In this document: positions 47,952 to 57,496 of the stretch, piece after piece
Layout of the letters: every line of letters begins with the position of its first letter
Numbering within the stretch: position 1 is the stretch's first letter
Assembly (NCBI GenBank): GCA_900542235.1
Contig: UQNB01000001.1
Location: 3,838 to 67,837 of the forward strand
Source: an uncultured Collinsella sp.
GTDB lineage: Bacteria; Actinomycetota; Coriobacteriia; Coriobacteriales; Coriobacteriaceae
Direction of reading: 5' to 3'
Length of the DNA stretch: 64,000 nucleotides
Notes under the pieces: model-generated
Databases searched by the model: none
What the model was told of the DNA's origin: nothing
The model's input: only the letters and a program-made list of their open reading frames with translations
Translations under genes and position numbers: made by a program

Positions 47952-49376
47952 GTGGTCTTCGCCCCCCAGGGAAAACATACGCTGTCGCACCGCGTTTTTG
48001 TGACGATCTTTGTCTGCGCCATGGCGGTTATCGTGGCGTTTACGGTGCTGGGTGCGTTCTTTGTGCAAAACACCTTGGCGGATGCCACGAGTGCCAACCT
48101 GGCGCAAGAAACCGAGCTCATTGCTGCCGCCCTCGACGAGCAGCAGGAGCCCATCCCGTTCTTGCGTAGCCTCGATCGAGAGGACTTGCGCATCACGCTG
48201 ATTAACAAGGATGGATCGGTTGCCTACGACAACGAGGCGTCGCCTTCCACACTGCCCAACCATGGCGATCGCCCCGAGGTCATCGAGGCCTTTGAGAGTG
48301 GTTCGGGTTCCGCGGAGCGCGCAAGCTCTACGCTCGACGAGATTATGCTGTATCGCGCCGTCGCCCTTGATAACGGCCAGGTTGTCCGCTTGGCGCAGGC
48401 TCAGCCTGGCGTTGCGGCGATTTTGCTGTCGATGGTGGCGCCGATGCTGCTTATCGCAGCAGCGGGTGCGGTACTCTCGTTTTTTATGGCGCGCCGCGAG
48501 TCCCGTGCCATCATCGCGCCTTTGCAAGAGGTGGATTTGGACCACCCACGCCGTAGCTATGAGCACGCCTATGCCGAGATGGTCCCCATGCTTGAGCGTA
48601 TTGAGTCGCAGCGCCAGGAGCTCAAGCGCCAAATGGCGGTGCTGGCGGACAACGACCGTATGCGCCGCGAGTTCACGGCGAATATCACCCATGAGCTCAA
48701 GACGCCGCTTACGGCGATTTCGGGCTATGCCGAGCTCATCGCAAACGGCATGGTCGAGGGCGAGGGCGACCTGCGCAACTTTGGCGGTCGCATCTATCGT
48801 GAGGCGGGCCGCTTGGCAGCGCTTGTCAACGATATCCTTACGCTGTCTAACTTGGACGAGGCCGAGCGTGCAACTGAGGGCGAGGCGGTGCCCATTGGTT
48901 CCACGGAGCCTATTGAGCTCTCGCGTGCCATCTACGCGGTTGAGCAGCGTCTTGAACAGGTCGCCCGTCAGGCGAATGTGACGATAAGTCATGAGACCAA
49001 GCCTGTGGTCATCGAAGGCGTGTCGCGCTTGATTGACGAGCTCATCTATAATCTGGCGAGCAACGCCATCCGCTACAATCGACCCGGCGGTGCGGTTACG
49101 CTGCAGTGCGGCACCAACGACGAAGGCCATCCGTTCCTTGCGGTCGCCGACACGGGAATCGGTATCGCGCCTGAAGAACAGGGCAAGGTATTTGAGCGGT
49201 TCTATCGCGTGGACAAGAGTAGGTCCAAGGCGCGCGGCGGAACCGGTCTGGGGCTTGCAATTGTCAAGCATGCGGCCCTGTATCATCACGCCACGCTCGA
49301 TTTGTCGAGCGAGTTGGGCGTGGGAACCACCATTACGGTGACGTTTCCCATACAGCAGGACGAGCCATTCGCATAG
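47952..49376 (+). CDS. sensor histidine kinase (PhoR/SenX3-like)
   Basis: 2 TM plus extracytoplasmic domain. H-box THELKTPLTAI and N/G boxes. GTG start after GGAGGAG. Confidence 0.85.
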   Translation: MVFAPQGKHTLSHRVFVTIFVCAMAVIVAFTVLGAFFVQNTLADATSANLAQETELIAAALDEQQEPIPFLRSLDREDLRITLINKDGSVAYDNEASPSTLPNHGDRPEVIEAFESGSGSAERASSTLDEIMLYRAVALDNGQVVRLAQAQPGVAAILLSMVAPMLLIAAAGAVLSFFMARRESRAIIAPLQEVDLDHPRRSYEHAYAEMVPMLERIESQRQELKRQMAVLADNDRMRREFTANITHELKTPLTAISGYAELIANGMVEGEGDLRNFGGRIYREAGRLAALVNDILTLSNLDEAERATEGEAVPIGSTEPIELSRAIYAVEQRLEQVARQANVTISHETKPVVIEGVSRLIDELIYNLASNAIRYNRPGGAVTLQCGTNDEGHPFLAVADTGIGIAPEEQGKVFERFYRVDKSRSKARGGTGLGLAIVKHAALYHHATLDLSSELGVGTTITVTFPIQQDEPFA

Positions 49377-49571
49377 CGATACAACATAGATATTGATGTA
49401 GACGCCGCATTTGACTTTCGGGTGCGGCGTTGTTGTGCAATTTTACGATTGCTTCCGACATTTTTACAGGAGAGCCTGTTTCTTATGTATAGAGTTTGGT
49501 CTCGGTAAAAAGATGCGATAACATACGGACAGTTTTGTCAATCCGAACTGGGGAAATGAAAGGCAAGCTGC

Positions 49572-50228
49572 ATGACCCTTCTCGAACTGTTCCAGCTGCT
49601 CAAAAAGCACCTCAAGCTGGTCATCACCCTTCCGGTGGTCTGCGCGATCGCCATGGGCATCGTGTCCTTCGTTGCGATGGACAACACCTACACCGCGACG
49701 ACGAGCATGTACATTCTCGCCAAGACCGACGATAGCGGTCAGATGAGCTACAACGATCTCTCGGCGAGTCAGATGCTTTCCAACGATATCGCCACGCTGC
49801 TGGATAGTGATAGCGTTAAGAGCGGCGCCGCCAATGAACTGGGCCTCACCGATCTGGATGACTACAAGGTGTCTGTTTCCTCCGAGACCACCACGCGTGT
49901 CATTACGCTTTCGGTTACCGGCACCGATGCCAAGGAGACGGCTAAGGTCGCAAAGGCCATAGCTAGCTCGGTGAGTACGGTCGCTCAGAACGTCGGCGCT
50001 GCCCAGAGCATCAACGTTATCGACGAGGCTAAGACCCCCGAAGCCCCCAGCGGCCCCAAGCGTATGCTGTACGTTGCTGTCGCGTTCCTCGCGGGCATCT
50101 TTATCGCAGTTGCCTATGTCGTTTTGGCAGACATGCTCAACACCCGCATCCGCGGTGCCGAAGAGGCAGAAGAGCTCCTGGGCATTCCCGTTGTTGGCCG
50201 AATTCCGGCTATGAAAGGTGGTAAATAG
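49572..50228 (+). CDS. polysaccharide chain-length determinant (Wzz/CpsC-like) protein
   Basis: N- and C-terminal TMs with a Wzz N-domain, paired with a downstream BY-kinase. Confidence 0.8.
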   Translation: MTLLELFQLLKKHLKLVITLPVVCAIAMGIVSFVAMDNTYTATTSMYILAKTDDSGQMSYNDLSASQMLSNDIATLLDSDSVKSGAANELGLTDLDDYKVSVSSETTTRVITLSVTGTDAKETAKVAKAIASSVSTVAQNVGAAQSINVIDEAKTPEAPSGPKRMLYVAVAFLAGIFIAVAYVVLADMLNTRIRGAEEAEELLGIPVVGRIPAMKGGK

Positions 50229-50230
50229 GC

Positions 50231-50968
50231 ATGGCTAAGGCAAAGAACACCGATAAGCTCGTTGTACAGAATGCCGCCAAGACCCTTCTGGCCAACATCC
50301 GCTTTGCGAGCGTGGACGACCCCATTCGCACCATCACCGTTACCTCCTCGATTCCCAACGAGGGCAAGTCTACGGTTTCCATTAACCTTGCTCAGGCAAT
50401 TGCCACGAGTGGCAAGTCCGTGCTCCTGGTTGAGGCCGATATGCGCCGCAGGTCCCTTTCCGATATGCTCGGCGTTCGTTCGCGCGGCGGACTCTATGCG
50501 GTTCTTTCCGAGCAGATCTCCATTGACCAGGCAATTGTCGAGACGGGTCAGAAGAACTTCTACTTCCTTGATGCCGAGCCGCATATTCCCAATCCTGCCG
50601 ACATCATCGTCTCTCACCGCTTTGCCAAGCTGGTAAAGGCACTGTCTGCTAAGTTCCAGTACGTCATCTTCGACGCTCCCCCGGTCGGCACCTTCATCGA
50701 TGCTGCCGAGATTGCCAGCCTGACCGACGGCACGCTGTTCGTGGTGCGCGAGGACTTCACCAAGCGCGAGGAGGCGCTCAACGCCATCGGTCAGCTTAAG
50801 AAGTCCGAGAAGGTCAAGCTCATCGGTACCGTTATGAACTACTGCGAGACCGAGACCAGCGAGTACTACTACTCCTACTACACCAAGGACGGTAAGAAGG
50901 TTAAGAAGGGCTCCGACGATCAGGGGACTTCCAAAAAGGGCATCTTCACCAACCGAGCAAACGTTTAG
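50231..50968 (+). CDS. CpsD/CapB-type tyrosine-protein kinase (BY-kinase)
   Basis: Walker A SSIPNEGKST, A' and B motifs, and a C-terminal Tyr cluster YYYSYYTKDG. Confidence 0.85.
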   Translation: MAKAKNTDKLVVQNAAKTLLANIRFASVDDPIRTITVTSSIPNEGKSTVSINLAQAIATSGKSVLLVEADMRRRSLSDMLGVRSRGGLYAVLSEQISIDQAIVETGQKNFYFLDAEPHIPNPADIIVSHRFAKLVKALSAKFQYVIFDAPPVGTFIDAAEIASLTDGTLFVVREDFTKREEALNAIGQLKKSEKVKLIGTVMNYCETETSEYYYSYYTKDGKKVKKGSDDQGTSKKGIFTNRANV

Positions 50969-50985
50969 TTGATTAAGGCTGACCT

Positions 50986-51636
50986 ATGCGTGACATTCAT
51001 TGCCATATCTTGCCGGGTGTAGACGACGGCGCCGCCGATCTCGATGAGAGCTTGGCGATGCTCGAGGCTGCCAAGCGGGCCGGTGTAACCAGAATCGTTT
51101 GCACTCCTCACTGCCGTGATCCCTATTTTGATTACGACAAGATGTGGGATGCCTTTGAGCTGCTGCGCGATAACGCTGACGGTTTTCCGCTCCAGATGGG
51201 CTTCGAGGTCAACCATCGAAAGCTCGTTGAGCTTGGTATCGATGCCGCGGAGCACTTGCATTTCGATGGGACCAACGAGTTTCTGCTCGAGCTTTCGACG
51301 CATGCCGATGCGTATGCGTTTAGAGAGTACGAGAACACGATTTACGATTTGCAGTGCCGTGGCTACCAGGTGATCATCGCTCATCCTGAGCGCTATCGTG
51401 CGGTTCAAAAGGATGTAAGCGTGGCGGAGCGCCTGGTCGATATGGGCTGCAAGCTGCAGGCTTCGGCGGACTTTATTGCCGGCGGTCGCTTTGGTCGCGA
51501 GAAAAAGCCGGCACAGCGCCTGTTCGATCAGAACCTGTACAGCTTCATCGCGAGCGATGCCCATAACGTGGGTCATTACGATTGCCTGGCGAAGGCTCGC
51601 GCGAAGTTTAGCGTGCGCGGAGCTCATTTTCGCTAA
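50986..51636 (+). CDS. PHP-family protein-tyrosine phosphatase (CpsB/YwqE-like)
   Basis: MRDIHCHILPGVDDG metal-binding N-terminus typical of CpsB. Confidence 0.85.
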   Translation: MRDIHCHILPGVDDGAADLDESLAMLEAAKRAGVTRIVCTPHCRDPYFDYDKMWDAFELLRDNADGFPLQMGFEVNHRKLVELGIDAAEHLHFDGTNEFLLELSTHADAYAFREYENTIYDLQCRGYQVIIAHPERYRAVQKDVSVAERLVDMGCKLQASADFIAGGRFGREKKPAQRLFDQNLYSFIASDAHNVGHYDCLAKARAKFSVRGAHFR

Positions 51637-51657
51637 AATCTGTCCCTAACGTTCGCA

Positions 51658-52176
51658 TTGAATGAAAGGGCAGCCATGGATATCCAACTTAAGACGGGAT
51701 GCTTTGATGACGCGGCGTTGGTGCGCCGCGTCATTTTTATGGACGAGCAGGGCTACGAGAATGAGTTCGACGCTATCGACGAGGATCCGAACTGCATTCA
51801 TGTGACGCTCTATGTAGACGGCGAGCTTGCCGGTTGCTCGCGCGTGTTTCCCGAAGAGCTTGAGCGCGCGGCTGACGCAGAGGCTCCGGTGTCGCCGGCG
51901 TGCGACTTGGACGAAGGTGTCGCGGCGGGGGAGACCTACATTATGGGGCGCGTGGCCGTGCTGCCGGCTATGCGTCGTCGCGGACTGGCGAGTGCGATCG
52001 TGGAGACCAGTGCTTCGTGTGCACGCGATGCCGGCGCCAAGCTTATTAAGCTGCATGCGCAGGAATACGTGCTGCCGCTCTATGTAAAGGCGGGCTACAC
52101 GCAAATTGCCCCGGTAGATTACGAAGACGAGGGCCAGCCCCATGTCTGGATGGCCAAGCGCGTAGATGGCAGATAG
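51658..52176 (+). CDS. GNAT family N-acetyltransferase
   Basis: 172 aa with acetyl-CoA binding motif VLPAMRRRGLASAIV. Confidence 0.75.
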   Translation: MNERAAMDIQLKTGCFDDAALVRRVIFMDEQGYENEFDAIDEDPNCIHVTLYVDGELAGCSRVFPEELERAADAEAPVSPACDLDEGVAAGETYIMGRVAVLPAMRRRGLASAIVETSASCARDAGAKLIKLHAQEYVLPLYVKAGYTQIAPVDYEDEGQPHVWMAKRVDGR

Positions 52177-52378
52177 GGACGTTCCTTTTCTGCCGGCAGC
52201 TGGGGACACTCCTTGGCAATTGACGCATTGGAGCGCTCGGACATACAGTTTTTCGATTCCGTATGTATATATGCGCGCTATTGGGTTATAAAATCTAAGT
52301 CTGAACATAGCAGGTCTGCGATGCGGCTCGGGCAACCGGGCCGTTTTTGCGGACGGGGGTAGCGCGAAAGGACTGCAC

Positions 52379-54403
52379 ATGCGTCAATTTAAGACCGAGA
52401 GCAAAAAACTGCTCGACCTCATGATCAACTCCATCTACACCAATAAGGAAATCTTCCTGCGCGAGCTTATCTCTAACGCGAGCGACGCCGTCGACAAGCT
52501 CAACTTTAAGAGCCTGCAGGATCCGAGCGTCAAGATCAACCAGGGCGACCTGGCCATTCGCGTCTCCTTTGATAAAGACGCCCGCACCATTACCATCTCG
52601 GATAACGGCATTGGCATGACCGCCGAGGAGCTCGAGCGCAATCTGGGCACCATCGCCCATTCCGGCTCCGAGGAGTTTAAGACCGAGAACGCCGAGCAGC
52701 AGGGCTCCGATGTCGACATCATCGGCCAGTTTGGCGTGGGCTTCTACTCTGCCTTTATGGTTGCCAGCCATGTGAAGGTCGTCAGCCGCGCCTATGGCGA
52801 GGATGTCGCCCATGTGTGGGAATCCGACGGTCTTGAGGGCTACACCATCGAGGACGGTGAGCGCGCCGAGCACGGCACCGATGTCATCCTGACGCTGCGC
52901 GAGAACGAGAAGCTCGATGCCGACGGCGAGGCCGAGACCTACGATCGCTTCCTGACCGAGTGGGGTCTCAAGAGTCTGATTCAGCAGTACAGCAACTATG
53001 TGCGCTACCCGATTCAGATGATGGTGTCCAAGAGCCGCCAGAAACCCAAGCCCGAGGACGCCGGCGACGATTACAAGCCCGAGTACGAGGACTACCAGGA
53101 GCTCGAGACCGTCAATTCCATGACACCGATCTGGAAGAAGCGCAGCTCCGATGTCGAGCAGAAGGACTACGACGAGTTCTACAAGTCCACGTTCCACGAC
53201 TTTGACGATCCTGCGCGCACCATCAGCTTCCATGCCGAGGGCACGCTCGAGTACGATGCCCTGCTGTTTGTGCCGGGCCGCGCGCCGTTCGATCTGTACA
53301 GCAAGGATTACGAGAAGGGTCTGGCACTCTACAGCTCCAACGTCCTGATCATGGAGAAGTGCGACGACCTGCTGCCCGACTACTACAACTTTGTCCGCGG
53401 CGTCGTGGATTCCGCCGATGTGTCGCTCAACATCTCGCGTGAGACGCTGCAGCAGAACCGTCAGCTCAAGGCCATCGCCAAGCGTGTGGAAAAGAAGATC
53501 ACCGCCGACCTTGAGGATATGCGTGACAACGACCGCGAGGCCTACGAGAAGTTCTTTGAGAACTTTGGCCGCGGTCTTAAGTACGGCATCTACTCGAGCT
53601 ATGGCATGAAGGCCGATGAGCTCGCCGATCTGTTGCTGTTCTGGTCTGCCAAGGAACAGAAGATGATTACCCTGGCCGAGTATGCCAAGGGCATGCCCGA
53701 GGATCAGAAGGCCATCTACTACGCCGCCGGCGACTCGCGTGAGCGCTTGGCCAAGATGCCCGTGGTAAAGGGCGTGCTCGACCGCGGCTATGACGTGCTG
53801 CTGCTGACGCAGGACGTGGATGAGTTCACCTTCCAGGCTATGCGTGAGTACGTTGCCGCCGATATGCCCAAGATCTACGAGGACGATGCCGCCCGCGAGG
53901 CTGCCGAGAAGGCCGTGGCCGATGGTGCCGAGCCCGAGGTTGAGGATCGTCACCTGGAGCTCAAGAACGTCGCAACCGGTGATCTTGACCTGGCGACCGA
54001 GGACGAGAAAAAGGAGGCCGAGGACGCCACCAAGGAGAACGAGGACCTCTTTAACGCCATGAAGGAGGCACTCGGCGACAAGGTCGAGAAGGTTGCCGTC
54101 TCTGCGCGCCTGACCGATGCTCCCGCGTGCATCACCACCGAGGGCCCGCTTTCGCTCGAGATGGAGAAGGTGCTCCAGAAGGGTCCCGAGGGCGCGCCCG
54201 ACGGTATGCCCAAGAGCCAGCGCGTGCTCGAGCTCAACGCCAAGCACCCGGTCTTTTCCAAGCTCGTCGCCGCTCAGAAGGCGGGCGACGCCGACAAGAT
54301 CAAGCAGTACTCCGGTTTGCTCTATGACCAGGCCCTGCTGGTCGAGGGCATCCTCCCCGAGGATCCCGTAGCCTTCGCGGCGGCTGTTTGCAACTTGATG
54401 TAG
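52379..54403 (+). CDS. htpG: molecular chaperone HtpG (Hsp90)
   Basis: 674 aa. GHKL N-domain ELISNASDA...GQFGVGFYS with middle and C-terminal domains. Confidence 0.93.
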   Translation: MRQFKTESKKLLDLMINSIYTNKEIFLRELISNASDAVDKLNFKSLQDPSVKINQGDLAIRVSFDKDARTITISDNGIGMTAEELERNLGTIAHSGSEEFKTENAEQQGSDVDIIGQFGVGFYSAFMVASHVKVVSRAYGEDVAHVWESDGLEGYTIEDGERAEHGTDVILTLRENEKLDADGEAETYDRFLTEWGLKSLIQQYSNYVRYPIQMMVSKSRQKPKPEDAGDDYKPEYEDYQELETVNSMTPIWKKRSSDVEQKDYDEFYKSTFHDFDDPARTISFHAEGTLEYDALLFVPGRAPFDLYSKDYEKGLALYSSNVLIMEKCDDLLPDYYNFVRGVVDSADVSLNISRETLQQNRQLKAIAKRVEKKITADLEDMRDNDREAYEKFFENFGRGLKYGIYSSYGMKADELADLLLFWSAKEQKMITLAEYAKGMPEDQKAIYYAAGDSRERLAKMPVVKGVLDRGYDVLLLTQDVDEFTFQAMREYVAADMPKIYEDDAAREAAEKAVADGAEPEVEDRHLELKNVATGDLDLATEDEKKEAEDATKENEDLFNAMKEALGDKVEKVAVSARLTDAPACITTEGPLSLEMEKVLQKGPEGAPDGMPKSQRVLELNAKHPVFSKLVAAQKAGDADKIKQYSGLLYDQALLVEGILPEDPVAFAAAVCNLM

Positions 54404-54435
54404 TTCGGGGATACGGCACCGTAACTAGATTAGAA

Positions 54436-54511
54436 CGAGAGTGGATAATCTCCCACTTTTGGCTCGAATGCGGGCTTGAAGTGGGAGATTTTCCACTCTC
54501 GTTTCCTTTTG
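54436..54511 (+). terminator. long hairpin terminator after htpG
   Basis: 23-nt arms cgagagtggataatctcccactt / aagtgggagattttccactctcg (1 mismatch) followed by tttccttttg. Confidence 0.7.
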
Positions 54512-54715
54512 AATGATTCCTCCGTCCCCAAGGGATCAATTATTTGTCGGGGTTGTGGTTTTGTGACCTGCTGAAATTAAAGATACTGTACAACTGTACG
54601 TTAATTCGTCTTCGTAGTATATTGCTACCCGCAAAACTCAATACCATTGTGCTCTGAGACGCTAAAGCGCCTACGTACAATGGTTATCAATAGTACGATT
54701 CGATTCAACGACAGG

Positions 54716-57496
54716 ATGGATGGTCCAAGCGTGAGTCTCGGCAGCAAACTATCCAATGCAAAGGTCTCCTTTGCGATATTTAAGCGCGACATTAAGCGAC
54801 TGCTTGTGAACCCCGTCGCCTTGGTGGTTACCCTTGGCGTGTGCGTTATTCCCTCGCTGTATGCCTGGTACAACATCGTGGCCAACTGGGATCCGTACGG
54901 AAACACCCAGGGCATCAAGATTGCCATCGCCAACAACGATCGGGGCACCCAAAACGACCTGGTGGGCGAGCTCAACGCGGGCGATCAGGTCGTCGATCAG
55001 CTCAAGGAGAACGATCAGCTGGGCTGGACCTTCGTCGATTCTGCGGCCGATGCCAAAGAGGGCGTCGAGAGCGGTGAGTACTATGCGGCCATCGTAGTCC
55101 CCAAGAACTTCTCGGATAACCTGGTTTCGATGCTCGACGGCAACTACCATCAGCCCAAGCTTACGTACTACGTCAATGAGAAGAAGAGCGCTATTGCGCC
55201 CAAGGTTACCGACACCGGTGCAAACACCATCGAGGAGCAGATCAACTCGGAATTTGTCTCCACGGTGGGCGAGACCGTTGCCAGTATTGCCAAGGATGCC
55301 GGAGTCGATTTAAAGGACAAGGCAACCCAGACTCAGGATTCGTTGGCCGGTTCGGTATCAGAGGCTTCCGATACGTTGGGCGAAGTGCGTGATTCGATTG
55401 GCGACATGAATGCCGCCATCGATAAGACGAGTGGTTCCATTGCCTCGGCAGATGCGGCACTTGCCGGTCTGCAGGGTCAGGCGCCGTCGCTGACGCAGGC
55501 GATCTCCCAGGGCAATGACCTGCTGAGCGAGGCTCGCGCCACGGCGGGCAACTCTGTCGCCTCGCTCTCCAAGGCGCTCTCGGAAGGCAGCCTTGCGCTC
55601 ACCAAGACGTCAGCCTCCGCAAACGCTGCGATTGGCAAGCTGACGGGCACGGTCGCATCTACGACTACCCGTATCGACAACTCGCTTGAGTCTCTCCAAG
55701 CGACGATCGACCACAATAAGGCCGTTATCGGGCACTTGGAAATTCTCGTCAATGACACGTCGACAGGTTCCAAGGAAATTGACGCGCGCATTGTATCGAT
55801 CATCGATTTGCTCCGCGAGCAGAATGAAAAGCTTCAGAGCATCAAGGACGGTCTGTCTGCGCAGTCGAGCGCCATGGCGAATGACGCTGCGGCTGTCTCG
55901 GGTGCCAGCGACGCTATCAATAATGCAATTCAGACCGGTGCGACCAACCTTGGCCAGGCTCAGACGGACCTGGGTCAAAACGCGCTGCCGAAGGTCTCGA
56001 GCGCACTTGATTCGTTTGCCGCCGTCTCGGGTGATCTGACGGGAATCGTGTCTGGCCTCACGCCTACTATTGCAAGTGCGCGCGGTACACTTTCGCAACT
56101 CAACGCCACGCTCGGTCAGGCCAAGACCACGCTGTCCCAGACCGATGCCTCGCTTGCCAAGGTCCAGGACAAGCTCGCAACCGCCGCCAACGACATCGCG
56201 GCGCTACAGACCTCCGAGTCCATGGGCGAGCTGGCCGGCCTGATGGGCGTCGACGTCGATGATGTTGCAGACTTCATGGCATCTCCGGTCGAGCTGACCT
56301 CAAAGTCAATTTACCCGGTCAAGAGCTTTGGTTCGGGCATTGCCCCGTTCTATACCAATCTGGCGCTGTGGGTGGGCGGCTACGTGCTTATCGCCATCTA
56401 CAAGCTCGAGGTCGACCGCGAAGGCATCGGCAGCTTTACCGCGCGTCAGGGCTACTTTGGCCGCTGGTTGCTCCTGGTGATCCTGGGCGCGTTGCAGGCC
56501 ATCATCGTTACGGTAGGCGATCTGGTGATCGGCGTGCAGTGCGTCAGCCCGCTGCTGTTCGTGCTGGGCGGCATCGCCATCTCGTTCACCTACGTCAATA
56601 TCATCTATGCGCTGTCCACCACGTTTAAGCATATCGGCAAGGCTATCGGCGTCATTCTGGTTATCGTGCAGATCCCGGGTTCGTCGGGCATGTACCCCAT
56701 CGAGATGATGCCAGGCTTCTTCCAGTGGCTGCACCCGCTGCTGCCCTTTACCTACGGCATCAATCTGCTGCGCGAGACGGTCGGCGGCATGTATTCGTTC
56801 AACTACCTGTTTAACCTGTGCATTCTGGGCGTGTTCTTGATCGTGGCGCTCTTTATCGGTCTGCAGCTGCGTCCGCTGCTGCTCAACCTTAACCTGCTCT
56901 TTGATAAACAGCTTTCCACGACCGGTATGATGATTTGCGAGTCCAACGACCTGCCGCGCCAGCGCTACTCGCTGCGCACGGCCATGCGTGTCATGCTCGA
57001 TTCCGATTCGTACCGTCGCGAACTGCTCGATCATGCGGTCGCCTTTGAACATCGCTACCCGTACTACATCAAGGGCGGTTTTGCCGCCGTGGTGGGCGTT
57101 CAGGTCCTGCTCTTTGTCCTGTCGACGGTTCTCGATATCGACAATAACGGCAAGATCATCCTGCTTGTCATTTGGATCATCTCGGTTATTGCCATCTGCG
57201 GCTGGCTTATCAATATCGAATATATCCGCGCGAGCCTCAATACCCAGATGCGCATCTCGGCGCTTTCGGATGAGGACCTGCGTCGCGAGATGCGCGAACA
57301 CACGGCCGCCATTCCTGCCGCCCGCCACATGTTTGGCCTCAACGCCAGCGAGCGTGGTGCCAAGGGCGGCGATCAGTCCACGGGCCGCTTGCCGCATATC
57401 GGCTCGCACCATAAATCTCAGGGCAGCGACAGCACAGCCACAAATGATGGAGATACCACCGCGCTTGGCAAGCACTCCAAAGGAGGTGAGGCATAA
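54716..57496 (+). CDS. YhgE/Pip domain membrane protein (paralog 1)
   Basis: N-terminal FKRDIKRL...PSLYAWYNI..WDPYGNT YhgE/Pip motif, a long extracellular coiled-coil/Ala-rich region and a C-terminal 5-TM bundle. Start uncertain (54680 and 54647 are upstream candidates). Confidence 0.8.
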   Translation: MDGPSVSLGSKLSNAKVSFAIFKRDIKRLLVNPVALVVTLGVCVIPSLYAWYNIVANWDPYGNTQGIKIAIANNDRGTQNDLVGELNAGDQVVDQLKENDQLGWTFVDSAADAKEGVESGEYYAAIVVPKNFSDNLVSMLDGNYHQPKLTYYVNEKKSAIAPKVTDTGANTIEEQINSEFVSTVGETVASIAKDAGVDLKDKATQTQDSLAGSVSEASDTLGEVRDSIGDMNAAIDKTSGSIASADAALAGLQGQAPSLTQAISQGNDLLSEARATAGNSVASLSKALSEGSLALTKTSASANAAIGKLTGTVASTTTRIDNSLESLQATIDHNKAVIGHLEILVNDTSTGSKEIDARIVSIIDLLREQNEKLQSIKDGLSAQSSAMANDAAAVSGASDAINNAIQTGATNLGQAQTDLGQNALPKVSSALDSFAAVSGDLTGIVSGLTPTIASARGTLSQLNATLGQAKTTLSQTDASLAKVQDKLATAANDIAALQTSESMGELAGLMGVDVDDVADFMASPVELTSKSIYPVKSFGSGIAPFYTNLALWVGGYVLIAIYKLEVDREGIGSFTARQGYFGRWLLLVILGALQAIIVTVGDLVIGVQCVSPLLFVLGGIAISFTYVNIIYALSTTFKHIGKAIGVILVIVQIPGSSGMYPIEMMPGFFQWLHPLLPFTYGINLLRETVGGMYSFNYLFNLCILGVFLIVALFIGLQLRPLLLNLNLLFDKQLSTTGMMICESNDLPRQRYSLRTAMRVMLDSDSYRRELLDHAVAFEHRYPYYIKGGFAAVVGVQVLLFVLSTVLDIDNNGKIILLVIWIISVIAICGWLINIEYIRASLNTQMRISALSDEDLRREMREHTAAIPAARHMFGLNASERGAKGGDQSTGRLPHIGSHHKSQGSDSTATNDGDTTALGKHSKGGEA

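Noticed and set aside
52177-52378. HAIR or CIRCE heat-shock operator upstream of htpG
   Set aside because: Neither CTTGAGT-N7-ACTCAAG nor TTAGCACTC-N9-GAGTGCTAA is present. Only short unrelated dyads were seen.
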